In this document: piece after piece, positions 1-14,047 of the stretch | Position numbering within the stretch: the first letter of the stretch is position 1 | Layout of the letters: every line of letters starts with the position of its first letter | NCBI RefSeq assembly: GCF_009914755.1 | Contig: NC_060928.1 | Origin: the human T2T-CHM13v2.0 reference genome, Homo sapiens | DNA length: 64,000 nucleotides | Direction: 5' to 3' (one strand) | Made by a program: the position numbers and the translations under genes | The notes under the pieces: generated by a model | Seen by the model: only the letters and a program-made list of their open reading frames with translations | Told to the model about the DNA's origin: nothing | Databases searched by the model: none

Positions 1-882
1 AATGGCTGTGTCTGGATAATTGGTCATAATTCAATCCAAGAGAATGACAAATTCAAATACTTAATTTCTCATCTCAAAGAAATTTAATCTGTATAACCTT
101 GAGCAATTGAGCCACTTGACCCAGAATTAGATTATTAGTAGAATGTTATATTCCCTTAAGATTTGGAATGGATGACAAAGAATACAGTCTGATTTGGGGT
201 GAGTAGAGCTAAGAATTCATGTAGATTGTGCCCTATTCATCCTATTAAGCTGTAATAGAACTGAAGGGCATGTCTTAATGAGAAGGTGAGAAAATAATAG
301 CTAAGAGAAACTGTAAGCTTCTAAACAATTGATGGCACACGTCTAGTATCTATGAAATCAAATTCTACTTTATATTCTATGTCTGCTGGAGGCCAGTGGA
401 ATCTCTGGAAAACAAAATCTTGTACCAGAATATTATATTTATGTGTTTGCTTCTCAGTGCAGAAATTGAAACACTCAAATATTCTGTGATGGTCTTGATT
501 ACATATTATTTTTATAGATTGATGTTTGAGTACTGAAAACAAAATTTCAAATTTGATTCCACAGGTTGTGTTAGTTGAGTTTGTAACTTTGCTTGCTCAC
601 TGATGTGAATATTAGGGCATTGTTTGGGGGAAGACAATGCTCTTTTTCATTAGGATAATATTATTTACAGCAATATGGAAGTTTACTAAACCTTAAAGCA
701 CAAAGAACAGCTTTCAATGACCATCCTCTGTCTTTCCAGAATGTTTCTTTGTGGATTGAAAAGTGTTGACTCATTTTCCTTAGTAAAGTTAATGATAATT
801 TACAAGATAGGTAACTAAAATCAGATCCTAGCACTTTCCAAGGAAGTACATGGAAAACTCCTATTTTTTGTTAATAATTGAC

Positions 883-1190
883 TTTTTTTTTTTTTTTTTT
901 TTTTTTTAGACAGATTCTCCCTCTGTCACCCAGGCTGCTTACTGCGACCTCTGCTTACTGCGACCTCCGCCTCCCACCTCCCGGGTCCAAGTGATTCCTG
1001 TGCCTCAGCCTCCCAAGTATCCGGGGTTACAGGCTCACAACACTGCACCAGACTAATTTTTGTATTTTCATTAGAGACGGGGTTTTGCCATGTTGCCCAG
1101 GATGGTCTTGAACTCCTGGCCTCAAATAATCTGCCTACCTAGTCTTCCCAAAGTTGTGGGATTACAAACATAAGCCATCAGTGCAGGCTA
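883..1190 (-). mobile_element. Alu SINE, old (AluJ-like), internally rearranged right arm
   Basis: Poly-T at 883-907, then reverse-complement Alu (cctcagcctccc, aatttttgtatttt linker, cccaaagt..gggattaca); highly diverged. Confidence 0.93.
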
Positions 1191-1559
1191 GCTTCTAATT
1201 TTCTATCAATATGTATCTTGGGAATAGTTCTGGTGGTGAATTTCAGGGGACTGCACTGAGAAAGAAAGCTTAATTTTAGTTTTCAATGATGTCTCAAGGG
1301 GATACACTTTGTAAGTTTCTTCATTTAACACACCAAGTCCTGCAGCTGGGTTTGGATAACCTAAAGATTTTTTTATGTAGCCTGAAACACAACACTTCAT
1401 CCTGACAACAGATATTCTCTGACCTTAAGAGGATTTTTAGTCCTCAAAGCTGGCTACAAATTAGCAACACCTAAAGGATTAAAAACAACGTTTCTGCATC
1501 ACATGTCCTGAGATTCCCATTTATTTATTCAGGCATGGGTTCTAGGAATTTGTTTTATT

Positions 1560-2610
<1,051 letters not shown>

Positions 2611-2769
2611 CTCTCAACCACACCAGGGCACTGCCTTACTCTTGTCCCTAACCCAACTGCCTGGACTGCATCTATACACGTAGGGTGCCTCCAACCAGTA
2701 CTAGAATTGAGGTAGGTTAGAAGAAAAAAAGGATTTGAATGGCTTTTGATTATATTGTTTAAATACTTA

Positions 2770-2926
2770 AGAAGGAAGTCAGAAAGAAAGGGAGGAAAGA
2801 AGAAGGAAGGAAGGTAGGAAGCAAGGAAGGGAAGAAGGAAGGAAGGAAGGGAGGGAGGCAGGGAGGGAGGGAGGAAAGAGGGAAGGGAATAGGGAAGGGA
2901 AGAGAAGGGAAGGGAAGGGGGAAGGG
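2770..2926 (+). repeat. Polypurine (GGAA/GGGA/GGGAA)n simple repeat
   Basis: Near-pure A/G tract read directly. Confidence 0.95.
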
Positions 2927-3030
2927 TTTCACCATGTTGGCCAGGATGGTCTCGATCTCTTGATCTTGTGATCCACCCACCTCAGCCTCCCAAAGTGCTG
3001 GGATTATAGGCATGAGCCACCGTGCCCGGC
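2924..3030 (-). mobile_element. Alu left-arm fragment (AluSc-like), truncated
   Basis: gggtttcaccatgttggccaggatggtctcgatctc...gagccaccgtgcccggc; no linker, right arm or tail. Confidence 0.93.
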
Positions 3031-5641
3031 GTATGTACATTTTTATCCGGATATGCAGCTGACATACATAATATATGTTAGCCATTATTTTCATCCTTGG
3101 CTTTCCAAACCTTTATTTCTTCCTATTTATAAACTGTTTCTTCTCGTTCCTTGCGATTCTCTGAGATCTTAATAAATCCATTTGTTTACATTGCATGCTA
3201 ATAAAGATTTTCTTCTATTAAACGATAATTGCTTAGATATTTGTACTTACATTTAGATTTTAAAATTAGAGTATTTGGAGAAGCCACAGGGCTCAGTCAG
3301 CCTACATTGCAATGCTATAGCATGAGGTATAATGTTTTGTGATGTATATTTGTCTGTTTTTGTGACTAGTGGGACACAGGTAATAGCTATGTAAGAAACT
3401 TTCTTCAGCAAAATTATCTATTAAGAATTTTTTTTTACATTTGTTATTGAGGTAGAGTGAAAGAGATGGTATGAAATGTAGTAGATTTTTTTGAAATGTA
3501 CTATTATGTATATAAATTCTTAATAAAAAAGGTGTGTATTTGAAATAAAAGAAAGGCACTTTCACACTTTTCTTTCTGTACATCAAAAGGGGCAGAAGTT
3601 CTAACACTGAATCATCTTAGCTGGAGCTACACAGTGGCCTAAATTGAGAAGTGTCCATTTTCAACATTTGGAGTACACACCATAAATTCTCTATAAGCAT
3701 ATAGTTCTTCCACATCAGTGATATCACTTGCTTTTATTTTCAGGGTGTCATTTTTAAAACTTGAAGTGAAAGACCATTTCGTACATTTTAGTCTTCATAA
3801 ACTTAGAACTTGGCCAAAAGATATTTCAGCCTTACAGTTCCAAGTGGTCATAGAGTCAACACATAAAAAACTGTATAACTAAAAGTGCTATTTTATGAGT
3901 GTAAAGGCATTTACTTGCCTTTGATATAAATTATAAATTTTTGATTCCTCAGGACATACATCACAAAATAAAATATATAGATATTTTTTAACCAGACCTG
4001 TAAGTCAAATTATATAAGACTGGATTTTGAAAGCAATGAATTGAGAAATGATTTAATCTATACCTCAAATTTTACTGTACATATTGAATAACTGAATTAT
4101 ATAGATTGAAATATTAGTGTGGAAATATTGTTGAAAAACTACAAAATAGTAGCATTTTGGAAAACATAAACAGGTATTATTTGAAATGTGAGATTTCCAA
4201 GAAAGCAAAATCATCTTTAAGTTTAATATTTTATTATGCCATTAAAATTTTTCTCATTAAAAAAATTTACTATTACTTTCCCCTAAAGGTAAGTTTTACA
4301 AAACTAATTTCATTAGTGTAGTTATATTATACAGAATAATTTGCAAACAAAGAAAATCATATTAATTTAAAGCATAAGAAACATTTTGGTAGTTTATAAC
4401 ATCATTGTAAAATAAAGGATATCTGGATATATAGAAACCAAACTTCTCTTTATTTTTTGTTTAAAAATGTAAACAGTTTCTTTGATAATAAGTAATTAAA
4501 GTATTATACAATATGAAATCATGTTCATAGTCATGAGATAACTTTGCAGGTATTGTGCTTGCAGTTTATTCCTAAGAATAAGACTGAGATTCCAATTGCA
4601 GCTTTGCCATATTTGCTTTAGAGACCATGGTTAAGTTATACAACTTAGTCTCTCTATTGGCAAAAATGTCCTATGCCTGGGGCTTAATCTTGACTCTTGC
4701 TGATAGAAGCTAAGAAATATTGGAAAGGAAAGTAACTCTGGGAACATGGGCCTCCCTTTTGACACAGGTTATGAAGGATAGAGATATTTATAAAATACTG
4801 GTGAGAATCACGAACTGGATCTTCTTATGTGAGCCAAAATTTGTCTTTACCATTTAAGCTATGAGAGCATAGAAATATAAAATTGGTAATGATAGCAATA
4901 ACACATTATGCAGCTTTTTAGATTATACGGTTTCTTTCTTCCTAAGTGATCAAACACTTGAAAACCTTTGTATTATTTAAAATAAACTGAAATTCTTCGA
5001 GAAGTTGTAAAGAGTATATATGGGGTGTTTAAAAATCCACAGTGAGTGAGTTAATAGTAACCTGGATCTAAAACATCAATCTCTTCCTGAGTTTCAGTTC
5101 AGGACACATTTCAGTGAAATATCTTGACACTTGGCATTATGGAAGGTCCTTGGAAAAATATCTTTAAGATCCTACATGTATCTTTTTCATTATTTTTACA
5201 AATTTCATTACCCCTTCAAAAGGAGGAACAAGTATCCTTCCAGTTATTTAAAATATGTATAAGTTAAATAGCAATGTATGCCTAATACTGTTTAACTAAT
5301 CAGGACATTGTTTATTTAGTTTTATTTTCTTTTGAAAAATATAATGAAAAATAACAATGCAAAATTGTTATGAGTTTATTCTGGTATATAACAACAATAA
5401 AATTTAGAACTTTTTTTTCTGAATGGGTATTTTTATTTTTAATTAAAATACTATATAGGATTTATTTTACATAAAAGTTACATAAACTGTTATATAAATA
5501 TTGTTGACTAATATTTCAAGCAACAAAATGCCATAAACTATAATAAGTTATTTGGATCAACAATGACAGCACTATTATCTTTTAGCCAGAAGACCACTTC
5601 ATGAATATCTTAGAAAAAGCACTTTTCAGTAATGATTGTCA

Positions 5642-6034
<393 letters not shown>

Positions 6035-7379
6035 TCATCCTAAACAAAATATTCTAATTGTTTCCTCCAAGTACTTTCTAATAAAATATACACATATTGA
6101 TACATTTTTGTCATATAAGTACACATGGCAAGCAGATGGAGCTCTTAATATATTAGCATTTAGCTAATATATACTTCTATCCCTCATTAAATTTTTAAAT
6201 ATCCTCTAGAAGTATACTTCAAAATTGACTTTTGAAATTTCATATGCTGCAAATTCTCTCTACTACAATGTTTTTGCTAAGTACAAATTGTTTCATTCCA
6301 TATGTCAAAGGTTAAAAAATCTGGAAAAAAGTTTTAAAATAATTGTTCAGTGCACTAATTCTTCCTGCTTTGAGTTCACTGATCCCATTTTTGTCTTTGG
6401 CAATACAACCCTAAACATAAATGGCTGTTCTAAATGAGTGAAAGGGATACATTTCCTAGCCTATATGGTGTTTCTTGAAAAGCCATTTTTCCTAGCATAA
6501 AAATATTTATTGCCTTTTTAATAAAAATAAATATAAATAAATGGATTTTAGAGAATTTTTTATAGAAACATATTAAATATTTGCAGAATATAGAGTATAT
6601 TAAAGTGGGTATATAGACTTCCTTGTAATTTTTACCAAACAGGTTAAGTGTTTAGTATCATTCAAAGATAACTGAATAGCATGAATTACAAGAGTCACAT
6701 TTAAATGTAAGGTATAGTTACCTCTAATTTGTAATAAATATAATAACAAAGAAAGCATCATTTAAAGTCTACTGATAATCAGACTTAAAATCTTTGCTTA
6801 CTTTAACAAGTGAACAAAGTAGAAGTAGTACTGAAATTGACATAGCATTATTTATTGACATAACATTATTTATTTTCTGAACTTGGTTCTGGATAAATGG
6901 TTTGAAATACCTAAATGTATTTTAATACTTAGATTGCCTATACCTAGCTACTTAACGTATGAAAAACTTCTGAAAAACATATGTTTTCTCTCTTCTTTCT
7001 TGTTGAATTATTCCCTACTCTCCAACAATCATGTGAATTTCAGATCACGTATTTTTCTCCTTCCATGAACTTACCCTTTATGAAGTTCCTACAAAATCAC
7101 TTTGCCTGGTTGTTATGTAACTTGTTATTTGACTTCCTCAAACATGCCAAAATTCTTGCTGCCTGCTGCCTTTGTTTTAGCTGCCATCACTGCTTGCTCT
7201 ACCCTGGTGTCTATATTCATCTTTACCTGGCTGCTCCTTGTTACCCAGGTTTCAACTTACATATTATTATTTAAAGAGGATTTTTCTTATATATCTGAGC
7301 AAAATATCCAATCCCTGCCATCACAACCATTACCCCAATGTATTTTTACTTAGTTCAGACATTGTGTTACTTGATTTTG

Positions 7380-7950
7380 CTTAACATCCTCCCTAGACTC
7401 ATAGTATGAAGGCATTATTTGACACGTTGAATGCTATTGTCTAGTGTATACAGCACCTGGATATTCGATCAATGCTTGCAGAAAAAATACCTAAAAGTCA
7501 AAAAATGAGTTAATTAATGAATTAATGAATAGAAATATGCCTTGTCTATCAGATTGTAGATATAAAACTATAATTATCACTGTTGAGAATTTTGAAGAAA
7601 AGGCATCTATAGGAGATGAAGTGGTACAAGCTGTTTCAAGGGTAATTTCCAACACTTACTAAAAGCAAAAAAAAGTACATATTTTTATGTTTTGTAGTGC
7701 AGCTATAGAAAATAATTTAAAGGAGAAAATCATTAATGTTTACGAATGCTTCTAATATTCATATCATTAATCAAAATGTATTAAAAAAACCATTAGAGAA
7801 AATTCATTCATGCATGCGTTCATTCATTTATTCAATTTTTAATATCTTTTTAGAATTTTTTTGGGCAGATGCAGGTCTGGTACTTGGACTACCTAAAAGA
7901 AAAAAAAAGGATGGCTGTCCTCATGATACTTACATTCTAGCAGAAGAGAC
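7380..7950. mobile_element. Degenerate L2 3'-end fragments (both orientations)
   Basis: (tgaa)n-like end near 7510-7530 and (attc)n start near 7800, followed by ctcatgatacttacattctag. Confidence 0.4.
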
Positions 7951-9672
7951 GTCTGTCTTCTGCTAGAATGTAAGTATCACGAGGATGGACATCCAAGAAT
8001 AAATATAAAAGCTTGGTAAACGGACCTTAATTCCAGTGAAAAAAGATAGCTATGTTCATTTAAGGTGGTTGTGAAGCTTCCTTAAGAGAAAAGCATTGGC
8101 CCAAAAGACTATCTGAGTTTCTCAGGCTGAAAGAAGAGGTTCTGAAGCAAGAATATGTCTGACATGTCCAATCCAAGATAAATACATGAAATTCTCAAGA
8201 AAATCTGAGGCTAAATATATTGTGAAAGACAGTATTCCATTGTTCTAATTTACATAAGACAGGACTTTTAAAGAAATATACAAGAACAAATGTAAAAGCA
8301 ATTAAGGAAATATTCACCAAAACTTTATGATAAAAGGCAAAATAAAATTGCAATATTTTATAGGAAAACTTCATGCATAGAGAACCACTATTAGGTATAT
8401 TCTGGTAATACATTCAAACTGTAAAATGTTAAAGCACTCATGAATGAGTAGAGGATAAAATAAAAATGTGTTATAAATAAGTCAGAAAGTTCATTAATGA
8501 AAGCTATATGTATCCAAAAATGATATTTCTCAAAAATTCTATGGACAGTCAAGAGGAATTATAGTGTGAATGCAATATGAACATGTTCTTGGATTGATTT
8601 TCAAGGATTTAGACTACAACTTCCTAAAATTCTTTATGAATCAACAACTCAAACACCTGTTTCTTATGTAGTGAAAACTAAACAAAAAGTATGAATCAAA
8701 TGATAATAGATGGAATGCCCTCCTTTCCAAATTTTTATTAAAATGATTTGATATATTACTCATACCTTTACTCATTCTTCTCTGAATGACTTTAAGCATT
8801 TGGTGAATTTGGGAAATAAATATTTAAATTTTAAAATGTTAATAAAAGCACTCATCAATAAGTACAGGATAAAATATAAATATAACTGAACAAGTTCATC
8901 AATAAAAGTGATGTTTAATATGTAAAACTATATTTAAAATATAGCCAATGAAATTACATTTATTTTCATAGTTCCCTCTTTGTCAGTAATCTTTGCCAGT
9001 AATGAATAAGCCTCTATTTCTAATAAAATGGCTGAAATAAAAACAAGTAATATAAAATAAATAATTGTTGGCCTTTACCTTATTCTTTATTTCTCCAATT
9101 TTTCAAAATCAAAGTATGAGAAAGGGCCACCATTAATTGAGGACTTTCTCAGTGATTACAAATCTGTGTTTATCTGAAATAAGAGGATATAAAATCCTAA
9201 GAGTGGAATTTAGGGTGCTAAATATATATGAAGAGAAGAGTTTGTGCAGCCCAGATCTATGACTCATTCCCTGGGCTTGTGAACCTGCAGCCTGCTTTCT
9301 ACTTTGCAGCTTGGAGGCCAGATGGGTTTTTCAGTTGTGCAGTTAGTTTTTAGTGCTATGGCTTGAATATAAAGCTTTAGATGTCATAGAGTGACTACAG
9401 CTTATGGCGGCTATATCCACAAGAGGATGAATACTTCAGGAGCGTGCCCTGGGCCTTCAAGGAATAACTCATAAGCCTCACCTAACTTTTCACTTTGAAA
9501 GAGAGAAGAAACTGGGTTAGGAAAGTCAACATGTGGCCTAAGAGAAGAGAAAAATTACCTAATAAGCAATGAGAGACAGGCTTAAGGAATACCTCTAAGC
9601 CTCAGTTTTCTTAAGCCTAACAATGGGATGACCACATGAGATGTGGTCCCTGGCAAGCAGCCCCCAAGCCAC

Positions 9673-9720
9673 AGTGTGGACCATTTAAAGTCATGGAGTG
9701 TGGACCATTTAAAGTCATGG
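9673..9720 (+). repeat. Perfect 24-bp tandem duplication
   Basis: agtgtggaccatttaaagtcatgg x2 (9673-9696, 9697-9720). Confidence 0.98.
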
Positions 9721-11334
9721 ACCTGCCCAGGTACAGACACTGTCAAGTCCTGGCTACACTTTTCCTAAATACGGTGACATGGAAAAGTTAATTGTGTAGA
9801 AAATAGTCTTTCTCGTCTTTTAGGACTTCATGTGCTGAACAGTATTTTCAGGCTTTAAGCTAAAGGCACTGGGTTCTGTGGATGCTAGATAGCATTTCTG
9901 ATGCTCTATCTTTAACATTTTAGTGCCTGGCACAGATCACTGCTGCAAATTCTCGTTAAAGTCTTGTTTAAGTTCATTGTTTAAGTTTTGAACTGCCTTT
10001 ACCTCTAGGAGAAACAGGTGAGGAGGGGCTAGCAAACCCTCGTTTATATGGCTTTACACAGGCTAAAATACATGCCTTATCAAGAATTTCATTTGGCTCT
10101 GGATTTTTAAATTATATGAGCTCTGATTACAACCTCTTTTTTTTGGTACAGAACATTGGTTTCACTTGTAAAATACAGTATATTTTATCAATTAATAAAT
10201 AAAAAGAAAAACAGCAAGCCTTATTTTAAAGGGAATATTTCTATTTATTAGTTAAGACAAGCAACCTGGCAACATTTTTACAATCCCAAAGTGTAAATGT
10301 AACATTCAAAATTTTTGTTACTAGGAATCAGCACTATTCAGGAAACAAAAGAGAAATTAGGGTGGTTAAAACAATAAATGAGAAGAAATGGAAACAAATA
10401 AAAAAAAATAGGCTAATTAAATAGCAGAGGAAGAGATATAAGCCTTAGAAGAAATCTGAGTTCTTAGAAGACAAGCTCAATAAATATAAGGGAATATGTC
10501 CTCTACTTTTGCTAATAGAAAGCCAGTTATCAATCAAATCACCACTTCTTTGTGATAACTTTTATTTATTTATTTTTCTTTTTTTATAACTTTCTTTTTG
10601 CCTTGTTTTGTTTTCTGAAATTTCACTATTATGTATGTATAAAAAGTATGTTTCATGTCTCCAGAAATAAAAGGATTTATGGTGTATAGTGAGGAATCAA
10701 GTTGAAAGAGATCATTAGGAAACAGAGAGCTTTACTGTTGTTAGATGGCAATACGTAACTGAAACCAAACAAGAAGTATATTTCAGAGAGCAGCAGGAAG
10801 CAACAGCCTGGAGCCCCAAACCAAAACCAAGAGCTAGAAGATGAGAGTTGGTATTTGGGAATCAGGAAAGTATTACCAGACAGTGTCTTATAACTAAAAG
10901 TAGTGAATCCATAGTAGTAGTAACTGGGAAACATACCTTCAATATTATGGTGTCTTTGTTAAGTAGACACATAATAGGTAGACACACTGGAGAATTAATA
11001 TGTTTATCTGTGAGTTTCAAGGAACATGGCCATTGTAACTAGAATAGAATTATTATCTGTGCTCCAAATAAAGATGCCCAGAAATCTGTGGAATTAGAAA
11101 CCCCAGGGAGAGTATATGAGACACATTAAAATAGAACCAAGAAAGATTGAGTTTTTCCTTTGTTTAGGTAGGGAGCTAAATGGAAGTATAACTCATCTGT
11201 GGGATTATTCAACTCAAGACTCCTAAAGTGATTATTTTGTTTAAAAGAACCAACATGAGTCTTTGACAAACAATCTTAAATTAGTCTCCTTCTGCTTATT
11301 GGAAACTCTAGAGAGATGCACCCTAAAGATACAC

Positions 11335-11610
<276 letters not shown>

Positions 11611-11679
11611 GCTTCACATTAATGTGGACAGTTTTAGGCAAACTCTCCAAAGTTATCACTTACTAAAAATAATTTTACT

Positions 11680-12010
11680 TTAATTCTTGAAAGCTATTTT
11701 TACTGGTTATAGAATTCAAGACTTGAATTTATTTTTTTTCACCTGTTGAAAGTATCTTTCCACTGTCTTTTGTCTTCTACTTTTGCTAATAGAAAGCCAG
11801 TTATCAGTCAAATCCCAACTTCTTTGAAGATAACTTTTATTTATTTATTTTGCCTTTTTATAACTTTCTTTCTGCTTTGTTTTCTGAAATTTCACTATTA
11901 TATATGTGTAAAAATGTATATGTAGATTCATATCTTTCTTTAGGTCTGAGAAATTTTCAACCATTTTCTCTTGAATTATTATATCATTTAGTTTTCCATC
12001 ACTTTCTTTA
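11680..12010 (-). mobile_element. Ancient L1M ORF1-region fragment
   Basis: tactggttatagaattc...tttccactgtctttt pattern; ORF 11845-12162 contains ENFSDLKKDMNLHI, resembling L1 ORF1p (ENFPxLxKD). Confidence 0.65.
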
Positions 12011-13546
12011 TCTATAATACAGCAATGACAGAAATAAATAAATATACATATATACACATATAGATTAATATAAAATTCATAAAATAATATTGTGTGCTTA
12101 AAAGTTGTATGCAGTGAATTCAAATATAAAAAGGATAGTATATTAGTAAGAAGCAGAGGCATATGAAGTTAATGTATTCTAAGTTTATTGCATTATTCAA
12201 AACAATAGTATAATTTTTTCAATAAAATACACTTGGATAAGTCAAAAGAAAAGGAAACCTGACAAGTTAAGCTCTCTGGGAGTATATTAGAAAGGCAAAT
12301 GGATTGGCCAGAAAAGAATGAAAAGCAAAATGAAGGCAGGTGTTCAATTCCAGCAAATGATTTCAGCTGTACATTCTTAGAGAAAGAAAAAAGAAACAAA
12401 TTTATACAGCAGGGTAAACTTAACCTAGCTATTTAAAGACACTGCGTGCAGTGTATCCCATTGGTTCCCACCCTCCCCCTCAAAAAATGACATAGCTGAA
12501 ATCAATGCTGGAACACCCAAAAATACAGAAAAGACAGAGTTTTGTGATGTGCCTGGCAATGCTATAGATGGTAATTTCAATCCTGTAGAAACTACAAAAG
12601 TAAATTCAGTTAGGAAGTTTGTTGAGGGAAACTCTCCAGTTGATCAAAGCTGGAAGTTAAACTGTTCGCTAGAAGGCAAGCTTTAAAGGTCTAAATAACT
12701 GCATAAAAAGTGACAGTGGAAACATCCACTGGGCCTTAGAATTAAAAATAAATAAATAAAAAATAAAAAACTTAGAAGAGTGTGTAGGCTAAGATACTAG
12801 CTGTACTAGCTGGAGACCACTCTCACTGTAATATAAGGTGCCAGAAACATGGGGCTCAGAAAAAAATGGAAGTTAAATTCTGAATATACTGGATATAAAA
12901 TAAAATTATCTAGAATTATTATTTTTGCTAACTGGTGCTTTTCCAACATGATAAATTTCTAAACTTTGTAGAAAAGGCAGCTATGATTCATCTACATAGA
13001 TAGGATCTCCCCACAGATATTTGTGCTTGCCTGATACAAAATCAGCATGTTGTTGACAGATTTATCAAAATAAGTTTAATTCAGAGGTTGTATATTCCTG
13101 ACTTCTATCAACTGATTGTCATGCCAATGAGTCTGAGACAAAGTTTTTTCTTCTCTCAGACATCAATGAATTTCTGTCATTATATACTGTAATATTTATA
13201 ACAGTTTGGGGAACATTATTTCACCTGGGATAAGTGCTATCAGGCCTGATTGGGTGATAGGTTGCTTCTCTAAATTTTAGAGCTATGTAAAGAGCATAAT
13301 AATGAGCTTTCCTTTTCTTATTTCTGTACTTTATAAATTGAAGTGTATTCAGGGACTTGACATTTGACCAATTCAACTTCTAGAAAATTAGATATTCACA
13401 ATGCTCTGTTGTGTAACCATCACCTTCAACCGAAAATAAAATTGGGGAGGATAATTTTTTGGACTTTGATATAACTTAAGAACCTTAAAACTTGAGCTTA
13501 ATCTCAAAGGGAAAATATGATTTAATTTTGAATGTTAATTACTTTT

Positions 13547-13815
13547 GAGAGGCAGTATAGCATAATTCCTTTTGAGAGGCAGAATTTTATGCTAAGCAAG
13601 AACCAAACTCTTGATCTATTGTCTGGATTTAAACTCAGGAACCATGGTACCTGCCAGCGGGGCAACCTTGGACAAGATGCCTAACTATTTCAGAAAATTA
13701 GATGCCATTGAGATCTAATTCGGAGTATTATTGTGAGAATTAAATGATATTATTTGTAAACTCTTTTGATTAGTGCCTAGCACATGACAAACACTGTGCA
13801 CATGCTTGCTATTTC
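13547..13815 (+). mobile_element. MIR SINE
   Basis: gaggcagtatagcata start, accttggacaag core, gtgagaattaaatga...agtgcctagcaca end. Confidence 0.75.
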
Positions 13816-13870
13816 TAGCACCTTTGGACAGTTAACATTTGGTCTTTAATTTTGCCCTGGAGTTTGATAA

Positions 13871-14047
13871 TGAAAACAATTTTTATTTGATTACAAATTT
13901 TTATTTGATTTTATTTTATTTGATTTTGATTTTATTTGATTACAAAATTGATTTGATTTTATTTGATTATAAAATTTTATTTGATTACAAATTTTTATTT
14001 TATTTGATTACAAATTACAAATTTGAAAACAAATTTTATTTGATTTT
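13871..14047 (+). repeat. AT-rich degenerate minisatellite (ttttatttgattacaaat)n
   Basis: Repeated ttttatttgatt cores; explains spurious ORF 13839-14111. Confidence 0.9.

Noticed and set aside
2759-3094. 111-aa Pro/Phe/Ser-rich ORF
   Set aside because: Translation of an Alu arm plus the purine microsatellite
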